From positions 1 to 62,949 of the forward strand of contig CAJUJI010000001.1 of assembly GCA_910586875.1 (NCBI GenBank): a stretch of 62,949 nt of DNA. The letters are read 5' to 3'. Within the stretch, counting starts at the first letter, position 1; every line of letters begins with the position of its first letter. Source of the DNA: an uncultured Anaerotruncus sp. (GTDB taxonomy: Bacteria; Bacillota; Clostridia; Oscillospirales; Ruminococcaceae). A program made the position numbers and the translations under genes. Positions 38,231 to 46,692 of the stretch are shown one piece after another. Under the pieces are notes generated by a model that worked only from the letters and a program-made list of their open reading frames with translations, made no database searches and was not told the DNA's origin.

Positions 38231-38827
38231 TTAGCTTTCATATCCGGGCGCCGCACTTGCCGGCACATAGACCGGTTCGCCCAAATATTCAATTTCAATC
38301 TTCGGATATTGCAGAACTTCAATGTGGAACTTGCCAGGCACATAGTTCATCACATTTTGTTCAATCTGCCACTCGGTCTGCACCGAACCGGGCTGATAGT
38401 CCAGGTTGACGGTAGCCGGGTCCCAATCGGTCTGTACGCCCGCAGATGGGATAAAGGTGGTATATGTTTCAAAACTAGCCCGCTCCATCATCTTCTGCTG
38501 GGCAATCTGCGCAACCGTCACTCCATCGTCAATCTGTGCCATCTTATTACCGGTCTGCACCGCCTCTCCAATTGCCGCTCTGCCTTTTTGCATACCACGG
38601 TTTGCGAACAGCTCAATCCACGAACCAACCGAACGCAAATTTAAGCTTGCACGCATCTCAGTAGTGTCCAAACGCACTTCGATGTCCTTGGTACGAATGT
38701 CCATCTGGGTAGGCTGCCTATGCACCGTTCCCTGCGGGTTTTTTGGCACATTGGCAAATTCCAGGCGCGCCGGTTCAACAGACAATTCATATTTAATCGG
38801 CTGACTTGTAATTCTTAACAGCTGCAT
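38231..38827 (-). CDS. YviE-like (DUF6470) flagellar-associated protein
   Basis: position flgL-X-fliW; C-terminal QYPKIEIEYLGEPVYVP. Confidence 0.7.
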   Translation of the reverse strand: MQLLRITSQPIKYELSVEPARLEFANVPKNPQGTVHRQPTQMDIRTKDIEVRLDTTEMRASLNLRSVGSWIELFANRGMQKGRAAIGEAVQTGNKMAQIDDGVTVAQIAQQKMMERASFETYTTFIPSAGVQTDWDPATVNLDYQPGSVQTEWQIEQNVMNYVPGKFHIEVLQYPKIEIEYLGEPVYVPASAAPGYES

Positions 38828-38858
38828 AAACGCACTCCCCTCTCTCTCAAATTTTAAC

Positions 38859-40169
38859 CTATCTCATAAAGTCGAGCAACGAGCTTGGCAGAAGCTTGCT
38901 GCCTAGTTGCAATACTGCCATCCAGGTGTACTCGCTATTTTTTAGGTTGATTGCCTCTTCATACGGATCTGCCGAAATCAGTTTGGTTTCGGTTTCCTCC
39001 AATGTATCAATATCTTTATCGAGCCGGTCCTTTGATCTGTTTAAAAATTCTGCGCGGGTGTCCAATTCGGTACGGGAGCTAAGCCGCATCTTATCATTCA
39101 GGCTTACCAATTTGTCCCACAGGTCATCCACCTTATTATGGTCAAAATCAGCCTTTTTGAATTCCTCCTCCAGCTCGGTCAACACATCATAAGCATTGTT
39201 CGGAACGGTATTTCCATGCTGTTCACCGCCCACCGGTGCACCATAGCCAAACACCAACAGTCCGTTGAAATTGGTCTGGAACGCCGAACGCATATCAACA
39301 TTGATATTGCCATCGATTTTCAGTCCCAATCCGATGTCCACATAAACATCATCTGAATACGGAACCTTCGCAAAGTTCTGAATATCTCCCTGGTCATCCA
39401 CCGAGAAGCGCTCCGCCTCGCGGCCCTTGTAAAGAACCTTGCCGGTGTTGCTCACTGCAAGACTTTTAGTTAAATCATTCGGCACCGGACTTTTGCCATT
39501 CGGAGCAGTCGCATCTTCGGTATAAAAAGTTTTTGTCACCTGGTCATATTTGATATCCTTTAATGCAACTTGATCTGTACCATTATCATAAACAACAGTA
39601 CCACTGCCAGCTGGTAACTCCTTCAAACTAGTATCGGTAATCTCTTCATAGTACCGGTAGGTGCCGCTGGAGCCCTCATAGATGACATCTTCAACCGGCA
39701 CACCGTTGAAGCACAGCTTCCCGTTTTCCTCGGTAAAAGGCGCCTCGGCATTGTTGGTACCACTGAACAGGAATTTGCCCGCATACTGCGCATTGGCGAA
39801 TTGCAGTGCCTGCTTTTTCAGCTCGCCCAGCTCCTGCGCGATAATCTCACGTCCGGTCTGACCCTTTGGGTCATTCTTACCCGCTTCTACCTTTTCCTGT
39901 GCCTTTTGCAGAATTGAGTCGATCGAATCCAGGTTGTTATACACCGAGTTGAATTCCTCAATGAAATTCTCAACAGTATTCAGCTGACGCTTCGCGGTCA
40001 TCCGCTCCTCTTGGATTTTCATCGCCCGCACACCAGCCGCAATATTTTCCGAAAGGCGGGAAAAAGCAACACCGCTGGTGCCGCGCTCAAACGCTTCTGC
40101 ACGCTTGCTCAGCGTGTTGTTCATCGTCCGCTTATAGTTGCGGCTCATCATTCTCTGCGCGATTCTCAC
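38859..40169 (-). CDS. flgL: hook-filament junction protein FlgL
   Basis: MRIAQRMM, NAQYAGKFLFSG, C-terminal SLLDFMR. Confidence 0.92.
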   Translation of the reverse strand: MRIAQRMMSRNYKRTMNNTLSKRAEAFERGTSGVAFSRLSENIAAGVRAMKIQEERMTAKRQLNTVENFIEEFNSVYNNLDSIDSILQKAQEKVEAGKNDPKGQTGREIIAQELGELKKQALQFANAQYAGKFLFSGTNNAEAPFTEENGKLCFNGVPVEDVIYEGSSGTYRYYEEITDTSLKELPAGSGTVVYDNGTDQVALKDIKYDQVTKTFYTEDATAPNGKSPVPNDLTKSLAVSNTGKVLYKGREAERFSVDDQGDIQNFAKVPYSDDVYVDIGLGLKIDGNINVDMRSAFQTNFNGLLVFGYGAPVGGEQHGNTVPNNAYDVLTELEEEFKKADFDHNKVDDLWDKLVSLNDKMRLSSRTELDTRAEFLNRSKDRLDKDIDTLEETETKLISADPYEEAINLKNSEYTWMAVLQLGSKLLPSSLLDFMR

Positions 40170-40191
40170 TGTTTACTCACCTCTCCTTTCC

Positions 40192-41727
40192 TTAACGGCC
40201 AACCAGACCAGTCTTATTGATCAGCACATCCAGCGCCTCATCCATCGCGGTCATCAGACGGGACGCCGCCGCAAGCGACTTGTTATAAAGCATCATATTA
40301 GCGACTTCTTCATCGGTTACAACGCCGGAAACCTCGTCGCGCCGGTCGTTCATCTCATTTTTCAGGGTAGCGCTGGCCTCCAAACGGCTGTTATAGAACA
40401 GCTTATCCTGCGCCAAAGTCGCTGTATAGTTGGTCAGATAATCCTTAAACGAGCCGTTAAACTGCTCTCCACGGGACTGGAAGGTGATGTCCTCATATTT
40501 CAGATTGTTATACAGATCCAAAATATGGTTATTTAACAGGCTGCCCTGGTCGAACACCAGATAGGATGGATTTTCGTTCCACTCATCACTGATTGAAACA
40601 TTTGCCGCAGTAATTGGCATATCGGGATCTACCACATATTTGCCATCTGCATTGGGCTGATCGCTCATTGCGCCCATCAACTTTTTATATTCACCGGTGG
40701 GATTCCCCTCGCTATCCATAATCGGGATCGAGCTGTTTGCAATCTCCACCAGCTTACTTGCAAAGGTGTCCAGTGCATCCTTGTAATATAATACGCCGCG
40801 GTAAGGGGTTTCGCCATCCTGCGCCAAATTCGGGCCACGCCCATTGAGGAAATCGGTGGTTGCTTTGAGCAGTCCATTGGTAACGTCAATCCGGTCACCG
40901 GTGGAAACCCATTTCAGAGAGACGGTCCCGTTCTGGTTTTCAGCCATCTCCATTGGATCATAGTCCTTACCGTTAATCACCGTATGGCCATTCATCTTGA
41001 CTACGACCATGCCATCCGCATTGGTCGCAACATCAATCTCACCATACTTTGCCAGCTCATCCAACAGGTAATTGCGCTCGTCAAGCAGCTCGTTTGGCCC
41101 ATAGTGGGAATTGTTCAGAATATCCCGCTCCTGGCTGATTGATTCATTGAGCGCTGCAATCTTCTGGATGGTCTGGTTAAAATCATTCACCGAAATGCCC
41201 AGATCAAATTTCTGCTGCGCAGCAATATTTTCAAGCTTGCCATTGAGATATTGCAGCGTCTGGGTCATATCCTTAAAGGCACTGCGCACCAGCAGCGCAT
41301 AGGTATCGGAATCCGCCTGCTCGGTGCTGGGCTGAAGCGCATCCAGAATTTTCGTGAGCATCGCGCCCAAACCGGAGTCGCTGGTTGGCTCGAAGTCACT
41401 GATGATGGTCTCCAGATCGCCCAGGATTTTATTCGCCTGGTCATAGTAGCCTTCCTCTGCATTCAGCTCGCGAAAGCGCTTATCCAGGAATTTGTCACGT
41501 GTCTGGCCGATACCGGCGATGTCAACGCCCTGGCCTGCAATCGCAGTCTTGGTGCTGCCGAAGCGGGTGCTGTAAGCGCCCGGCGCCACTGCGACCTGCT
41601 CCACCCGCTGACGGGTATAGCCGACGCTGTCCCAGTTGGTCAGGTTTTGTCCGGTGATATCCAGCCCCTTTTGTGCTGTCTGGATACCACGCTTGCCAAT
41701 ATCAAAGCCCATAAAGGTTGGTCTCAT
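40192..41727 (-). CDS. flgK: hook-associated protein FlgK
   Basis: TGQNLTNWDSVGYTRQR, NELLDERNYLLDEL, SGVVTDEE, INKTGLVGR. Confidence 0.95.
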   Translation of the reverse strand: MRPTFMGFDIGKRGIQTAQKGLDITGQNLTNWDSVGYTRQRVEQVAVAPGAYSTRFGSTKTAIAGQGVDIAGIGQTRDKFLDKRFRELNAEEGYYDQANKILGDLETIISDFEPTSDSGLGAMLTKILDALQPSTEQADSDTYALLVRSAFKDMTQTLQYLNGKLENIAAQQKFDLGISVNDFNQTIQKIAALNESISQERDILNNSHYGPNELLDERNYLLDELAKYGEIDVATNADGMVVVKMNGHTVINGKDYDPMEMAENQNGTVSLKWVSTGDRIDVTNGLLKATTDFLNGRGPNLAQDGETPYRGVLYYKDALDTFASKLVEIANSSIPIMDSEGNPTGEYKKLMGAMSDQPNADGKYVVDPDMPITAANVSISDEWNENPSYLVFDQGSLLNNHILDLYNNLKYEDITFQSRGEQFNGSFKDYLTNYTATLAQDKLFYNSRLEASATLKNEMNDRRDEVSGVVTDEEVANMMLYNKSLAAASRLMTAMDEALDVLINKTGLVGR

Positions 41728-41742
41728 AAAATTCTCCCCCCA

Positions 41743-42213
41743 CTAAATCTTTGTTTCAAAAAGCGGGGAGCCTGTGCTGGCGGCGCCCATTTTCCCCGGT
41801 GCATAGCTGGTCGTAATTCCTTTTTCTTTGGGCAGCACACCATCCAATTCACGAATGTTGGTCTGTGCGAACTCCAAGGATTTACTGTTCATAAACCGAA
41901 TATCATTTACCGCATTCTGAAAACGCTCAAACAGGGCGCTTGCCTTTTGTGCATCCTGCGCATCTGCCTGCGCTAGAATCTGCTGGAAGGTCATTCCTTT
42001 GTAGCCCGCCTGTTCTTGCAGCAGCTCGCGCTGCTTTTCCATCTGGTCCACGCGCATCAGTGCAGCTTGCAGGCTAGAAATCGCGCGGTCCACCTCCTGC
42101 GGTTGGTAGGAGATGAGCGCATGATATTTTTTCGCTTCCTGCTGCGCGCAATCCTCCAGGAATCGTGCATATTCCTCCAAAAAGGAATAATAAACGTTTT
42201 GCTGCTGTGTCAT
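41743..42213 (-). CDS. flgN: export chaperone FlgN
   Basis: helical 156 aa between flgM and flgK. Confidence 0.8.
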   Translation of the reverse strand: MTQQQNVYYSFLEEYARFLEDCAQQEAKKYHALISYQPQEVDRAISSLQAALMRVDQMEKQRELLQEQAGYKGMTFQQILAQADAQDAQKASALFERFQNAVNDIRFMNSKSLEFAQTNIRELDGVLPKEKGITTSYAPGKMGAASTGSPLFETKI

Positions 42214-42227
42214 AGTCTCCTCCCTAG

Positions 42228-42551
42228 TTATAGCCCAAACCAGCGGCTCATAATTGCGCCGGTAAGCTGCTCGGTCGAAACCTGGTAACTGCCATCCCGC
42301 ACCGAGGCGCTGAGCTGCTCGAGCTTTTCCGCGGGGGTCGGTGTCTGAATTTCGTCCATAACGGCTTTGGTTAGCCGGTCGATTTCCAGTTGTCTGGCCC
42401 CTTCGGAACTGATCGAGATTTTGTCCGTATGTCCAGATCTGCCCGCTGCGGCAGCGCCTAAATAGCTCTGGAAGCTGCTTTCCGCATCATGCCGGACCGG
42501 ATTTTTCGCATATACGCCATATGCGGACGCGGACACTGCATTGATTTTCAT
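42228..42551 (-). CDS. flgM: anti-sigma28 factor FlgM
   Basis: DKISISS; EKLEQLSASVRDGSYQVS; start at MKIN after GAGGG. Confidence 0.88.
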   Translation of the reverse strand: MKINAVSASAYGVYAKNPVRHDAESSFQSYLGAAAAGRSGHTDKISISSEGARQLEIDRLTKAVMDEIQTPTPAEKLEQLSASVRDGSYQVSTEQLTGAIMSRWFGL

Positions 42552-42637
42552 ATTCATCCCTCGATTCTGTCCCTGGCCCCTTTCAACGAAACAAGGCCGG
42601 TAAAACAAACTCTGCTATCATTCGTTCTTATTATTTT

Positions 42638-42664
42638 TATTCGCCCAATCTGAAAAAAACTAAA
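42638..42664 (-). promoter_or_regulatory. putative sigma28 promoter of flgM-flgN-flgK-flgL
   Basis: TTTAGTTT-N11-GGCGAATA. Confidence 0.65.
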
Positions 42665-42712
42665 CCGATTTTCTGGAAAAAACCAGAATCAACAATTCAC
42701 CGGCTTTGCATC

Positions 42713-42749
42713 TTGTCAATCCCTATGGTTATCATGTATAATAGGGATT
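42713..42749 (+). promoter_or_regulatory. sigmaA promoter of the parA-like gene with an overlapping palindrome
   Basis: TTGTCA-18nt-TATAAT; AATCCCTAT-N14-ATAGGGATT inverted repeat. Confidence 0.6.
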
Positions 42750-42822
42750 AGCATTTCCCGCCGCCATGCACCGTTGCTGGGCGGTAGAACTGCTGTGCCA
42801 GCAAAGGAGAGCGTTAAACACT

Positions 42823-43593
42823 ATGGGCAAAATTATCTGTATTTCCAACCAGAAGGGCGGTGTTGGCAAAACCACCACCACCAATGCACTGGCAATGGGA
42901 CTCAAGCATAAAGGGTATAGCGTGCTGTGCGTGGACTTTGACCCGCAGGGGAATCTTTCGTTCAGTCTGCGGGCGGACGCGCGTTTAGAGCTGCAAAGCT
43001 CGGTTTATTACGTGCTCAAAGGGGAGCTAAAAACCGGACAAGCAATCCAGCACACCGAGCTTGCAAATATCATCCCATCCAACATTCTGCTCAGTGGTAT
43101 CGAGCTGGAATTCACCGGACAGGGACGTGAATTTTTATTGCGAGACGCATTGCGCCCAATTGAACGATTGTATGATTATATCCTCATTGACACACCTCCA
43201 GCGCTGGGCATTTTAACGGTCAATGCGTTTGCCGCCGCGGATATTTTGCTGATGCCTGTGCTCTCCGATCTGTTCAGCCTGCAAGGAATTGTGCAGCTGC
43301 ATGAAACGGTCGAGCGGGTACGCGCCGCCACCAACCCCAACCTTTCGGTGGGCGGCATTCTGCTGACCCGTTTTAACCCGCGTGAGCAGGTCAGCTCGGT
43401 CATTCGCGAGACCGCCTCCGACATGGCGCAAACGTTTGGTATTCCATTGCTGGAAACCTCTATCCGCACCGGCGTCGCGCTGACCAAAGCGCAGATTTTA
43501 CGCCAGGACATCATCGCCTATGAGCCCAAAAGCAAGGCGGTTCAAGATTATCAGCGGTTGGTGGATGAACTGCTTGGAAAGAAGGTACTGTAA
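42823..43593 (+). CDS. ParA/Soj family ATPase
   Basis: NQKGGVGKTTT deviant Walker A; DFDPQGNL; YDYILIDTPPALG; AAGGAG RBS. Confidence 0.92.
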   Translation: MGKIICISNQKGGVGKTTTTNALAMGLKHKGYSVLCVDFDPQGNLSFSLRADARLELQSSVYYVLKGELKTGQAIQHTELANIIPSNILLSGIELEFTGQGREFLLRDALRPIERLYDYILIDTPPALGILTVNAFAAADILLMPVLSDLFSLQGIVQLHETVERVRAATNPNLSVGGILLTRFNPREQVSSVIRETASDMAQTFGIPLLETSIRTGVALTKAQILRQDIIAYEPKSKAVQDYQRLVDELLGKKVL

Positions 43594-43596
43594 CCA

Positions 43597-44184
43597 GTGG
43601 CAAAACGCAAAAATGAATTGGATAAAGATTATATCTACAACTTAATTATGCCCAGCGCGGCGAAATCTAATCCAACCGCGCCGCCACCGGAACAGCCATC
43701 CGCGCCGCCTGCGATGCCGGTACAACAGCCGGCACCCCCTATCCCAGCTGCACCAGAACCGCGTCCGGCCATGTCTGACGCAGCCACAGTGATCACCGCT
43801 GCGCCGGAGCTGCAAGCGCCGTCTGTGCAGCCGGAGCCAGAAACGCCTGGCCCAGACGCGATCTCGGCGCTTAAAGAGCGGCTATTTTCCAGCAAGGGGA
43901 CGATCGATCTAACCATGCGCACCCGTCGGGAATACGCACTGGTGAACCTGGTGGAGCTGATGGTCACCGAACGGCTGGATGACGCATTTGAAAAATTCAG
44001 CTGCTGCCGTTGTGACAAATGCCGCAAGGATGTTGCAGCGATTGCGCTCAACCTGCTGCCTCCAAACTATGTTGTGACCGAGCCGGAAAAGGTTCCCGAG
44101 CTGATGAGTCAGGGCGCTTCTCAAGCCATCAGCGCTGCATTGGTCAAAGCAATTTTGCAGGTGCGAGGGAATCCCCGCCATTGA
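43597..44184 (+). CDS. ComFB-domain protein with Pro-rich N-terminal linker
   Basis: C-terminal NLVELMV...CRCDKCRKDVAAIALNLLPPNYVV...VRGNPRH is the ComFB family pattern. Confidence 0.85.
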   Translation: MAKRKNELDKDYIYNLIMPSAAKSNPTAPPPEQPSAPPAMPVQQPAPPIPAAPEPRPAMSDAATVITAAPELQAPSVQPEPETPGPDAISALKERLFSSKGTIDLTMRTRREYALVNLVELMVTERLDDAFEKFSCCRCDKCRKDVAAIALNLLPPNYVVTEPEKVPELMSQGASQAISAALVKAILQVRGNPRH

Positions 44185-44287
44185 AAAGCTTATCTTGCCA
44201 CCTATTACTTCTGCCAGCCTTCCTCTGGCGGAAGCTTTTGTTTCTTGCACACAGTCTAGTGCGCCTTCTGCACTGCTTATCATAAAG

Positions 44288-44317
44288 AAAAAATCCTGCC
44301 TCTTGGCAGGATTTTTT
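44288..44317. terminator. bidirectional intrinsic terminator
   Basis: AAAAAATCCTGCC-TCTT-GGCAGGATTTTTT between convergent genes. Confidence 0.85.
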
Positions 44318-44325
44318 GCATCTGA

Positions 44326-44946
44326 TTAGTTTGTCTTTTCGGTTGTGGTTGCGCCGCTGGACTCATTCGCCCAATCATCAAAGCGCTTCATAACCTCGGT
44401 ATAGGTCTGCTGGCTGATAGAAGGCAGCTTGCCGCCCAGCTCAACGCCCGCGGCCTTAAAGCCTTTCTCTACCGCCTTGCGCAAAGTTTCAATCTTGGAA
44501 GGATCGCCGCCGGACAGAGCCTTTGCCATATCCATAATGCGTCCTGCAACTGCGTCAACCGAATATTCTCCGCCCTCACCAATTGCAGCAGCTGCTTTCG
44601 CGCTCTGCTCCGGAGTGACAAACAGATCCATTCCAAACAGCGTCAGATTACTCTTCTGTCCCTGTTTGACAACCATGCTCTTGAGCATTTGCACAAAGCT
44701 CTCCTGCCGTTTTGTCTCGGCATTCTGGAGCGCCTGTACCTGCTCGCTGTTCAGCTGGTTTTTGCCGGTATTCCGATTATAGGTCACCTGTGTAGAGGAA
44801 CCGGTTTTTTCAAAGGTATCCTGATTGACCTTTTCGGTCGAAGCCGCAGCAGTATCCTGCGCGGTCTGCTCAGTCTTTTGCGCTGTACGGACCGCAGCAG
44901 TCCCTTTCAGGCCCGCGCTGTAAGCGCCAATTGAATTGATGCTCAT
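44326..44946 (-). CDS. conserved hypothetical protein, possibly flagellum-exported
   Basis: MSINSI and low-complexity N-terminus; helical C-domain RIMDMAKALSGGDPSKI..LPSISQQTY; AAGGAG RBS. Confidence 0.7.
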   Translation of the reverse strand: MSINSIGAYSAGLKGTAAVRTAQKTEQTAQDTAAASTEKVNQDTFEKTGSSTQVTYNRNTGKNQLNSEQVQALQNAETKRQESFVQMLKSMVVKQGQKSNLTLFGMDLFVTPEQSAKAAAAIGEGGEYSVDAVAGRIMDMAKALSGGDPSKIETLRKAVEKGFKAAGVELGGKLPSISQQTYTEVMKRFDDWANESSGATTTEKTN

Positions 44947-44979
44947 GTGTTCGACTCCTTTCGTACACGAAATTTGTTT

Positions 44980-46269
44980 TTATGCAAACTGGCTCATCAA
45001 TGCGCCAACTGCATAATAGTTGGACATGTTATAAACACCTGTGCGATTATACATTGACATCAACTGGAAGGTGTCCATCTGAGACTGGCTGATTGCAGTC
45101 TGCGAGCTCTTTCCGCCGGATGCTCTGGAATTGTTGGTTGCACTGAGCAAGCTGCCGGATCGGATATTCAAACCCTGTTCAGCATCCTTGCGGAAACCAG
45201 ATGCAAGCGTGTCGGTAAGCTCTTTGGTCAGGCTCGGAGTCTCCCGCAGCGCCTTCTCAAAAGCAGCCTTATCCAGCGACAATTTCCCATCGCTGCCAAC
45301 GCTAATACCAATCATCTTCATCGAGCGCTCAGAAATCGGAGTCATCAGCATGTTGCGCATCTGGCGCAGTACACCAACGCCCTTGCCCGAGTTGTCGTTG
45401 AGGAATTTAAGCGCGCTGTTATAGCTGTCAATCAGCTTGCTCACCGCGTCTGTGCTAACCCCCGTTTTCTCTCCATTGCTGGCCTTGATTTCGGTAGAGC
45501 CCTCCCCTTTCAGGGTGATGCTGAACCCATCAATGTCCACTTCATTGGTCGAGAAGGTGAACGACTCGGTCTCGGTGCCATTTTTGGTAACAGAAAAGAC
45601 CGCATCCCGGCTTTCCACCGCCGCATCTTCCAGTCCCATGCTCTCTGCAAACGAACCAGACAAGGTAAAGGCATGTTCGCTGCCAGTCGCACCAGAAATC
45701 TCCGGCGAAGATTTCCCGTCCTTTGTAACAACGTTTGCTGTAACGCCTGCATTCACGCTGTTAATCTTCTGCGCAAATTTCTCAAGCGCCTCTTTGTTGG
45801 TTTTCGCACCCGCAGAGCTGAGATTCAGATTGAACACGCCCTTCTCCGAGCGGATGGTCAATCCACCGCCCACCGACGGAAGCTCACCTGTGCTGTTAAG
45901 CTCTTTTGAACGATTTACCTGCGCAGAGGCCGTCTGTTGCACATCTACCCGGTACACATCCGAGCTGTTTTGCAGTGAGCCGGCCGCAGCAGCCACAGCG
46001 CTATCGCCGGAAACCGCTGTCAGCTTATTCGTCTTTGGGTTTAGCACCGCTTCCGCTGCATCCTTTAGCTGGGTCATCTTCTCCTGATAACTCTTGATAA
46101 AGGACGTATCCTCATCACTCAAGGCTGACGTCTTGGTGACCGATTTTACCGACGAGGCAGAACTGGTGTTCCTGCTGCCGCTCATTGCGAGCATGTACTT
46201 CATCTGATTCATTTGGCTGTAACCAGAAAGCACAATATTACTCAAATAGGAAAAGTTGGATGAAATCAC
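44980..46269 (-). CDS. second, divergent FliD-like protein
   Basis: VDVQQTASAQ, DAVFSV, STNEV, LIDSYN, IGISVGSDGKLSLDKAAF match FliD motifs; GTG start after AAGGAGG. Confidence 0.7.
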   Translation of the reverse strand: MISSNFSYLSNIVLSGYSQMNQMKYMLAMSGSRNTSSASSVKSVTKTSALSDEDTSFIKSYQEKMTQLKDAAEAVLNPKTNKLTAVSGDSAVAAAAGSLQNSSDVYRVDVQQTASAQVNRSKELNSTGELPSVGGGLTIRSEKGVFNLNLSSAGAKTNKEALEKFAQKINSVNAGVTANVVTKDGKSSPEISGATGSEHAFTLSGSFAESMGLEDAAVESRDAVFSVTKNGTETESFTFSTNEVDIDGFSITLKGEGSTEIKASNGEKTGVSTDAVSKLIDSYNSALKFLNDNSGKGVGVLRQMRNMLMTPISERSMKMIGISVGSDGKLSLDKAAFEKALRETPSLTKELTDTLASGFRKDAEQGLNIRSGSLLSATNNSRASGGKSSQTAISQSQMDTFQLMSMYNRTGVYNMSNYYAVGALMSQFA

Positions 46270-46502
46270 GAAATTCCCTCCTTTTTAAAATATTTATAAC
46301 AAAAGGGAGACACCCCGCCAGGGCGCTCCCCTTCACTATACAATCTGCCGCACCGCCTAAGGCGGGATTGGGCATTTCGGACCGCTTGGAAGCACACTTT
46401 ATGGCTGCTGGGTCTGCCTAAGCCGGCGTCCCTGCCAGACCAGAGCGTTGCCTCATACGCCACCGCGTATAGGCAAAAGCCAGAATTGCCTTTCACTATG
46501 AA

Positions 46503-46529
46503 TATTCGGGTGAGCTACCGAAAACTAAA
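46503..46529 (-). promoter_or_regulatory. putative sigma28 promoter
   Basis: TTTAGTTT-N11-CCCGAATA, about 230 nt upstream of the FliD-like gene. Confidence 0.6.
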
Positions 46530-46651
46530 GTATAATTTGGGCAAACTGTGAAAATTATTTTCCAGCGATTTGTACCCCGGCGATGCCCGCACAAAACCGC
46601 TAAAACCACATCACCATGGGCATAAAGCGCACATTACTGTATCAGCACAGC

Positions 46652-46680
46652 AAAAAGCGGAGCCGCATAAGCGACTCCGC
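46652..46680 (-). terminator. probable terminator after the MCP gene
   Basis: GCGGAGTCGC-TTAT-GCGGCTCCGC-TTTTT on the minus strand. Confidence 0.7.
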
Positions 46681-46692
46681 CAACAGAGCTCT

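Noticed and set aside
42823-43593. Chromosomal soj/parA or flhG
   Set aside because: No ParB or parS seen; the NQKGGVGKT start is Soj-like rather than FlhG-like (SGKGGVGK), and there is no flhF.
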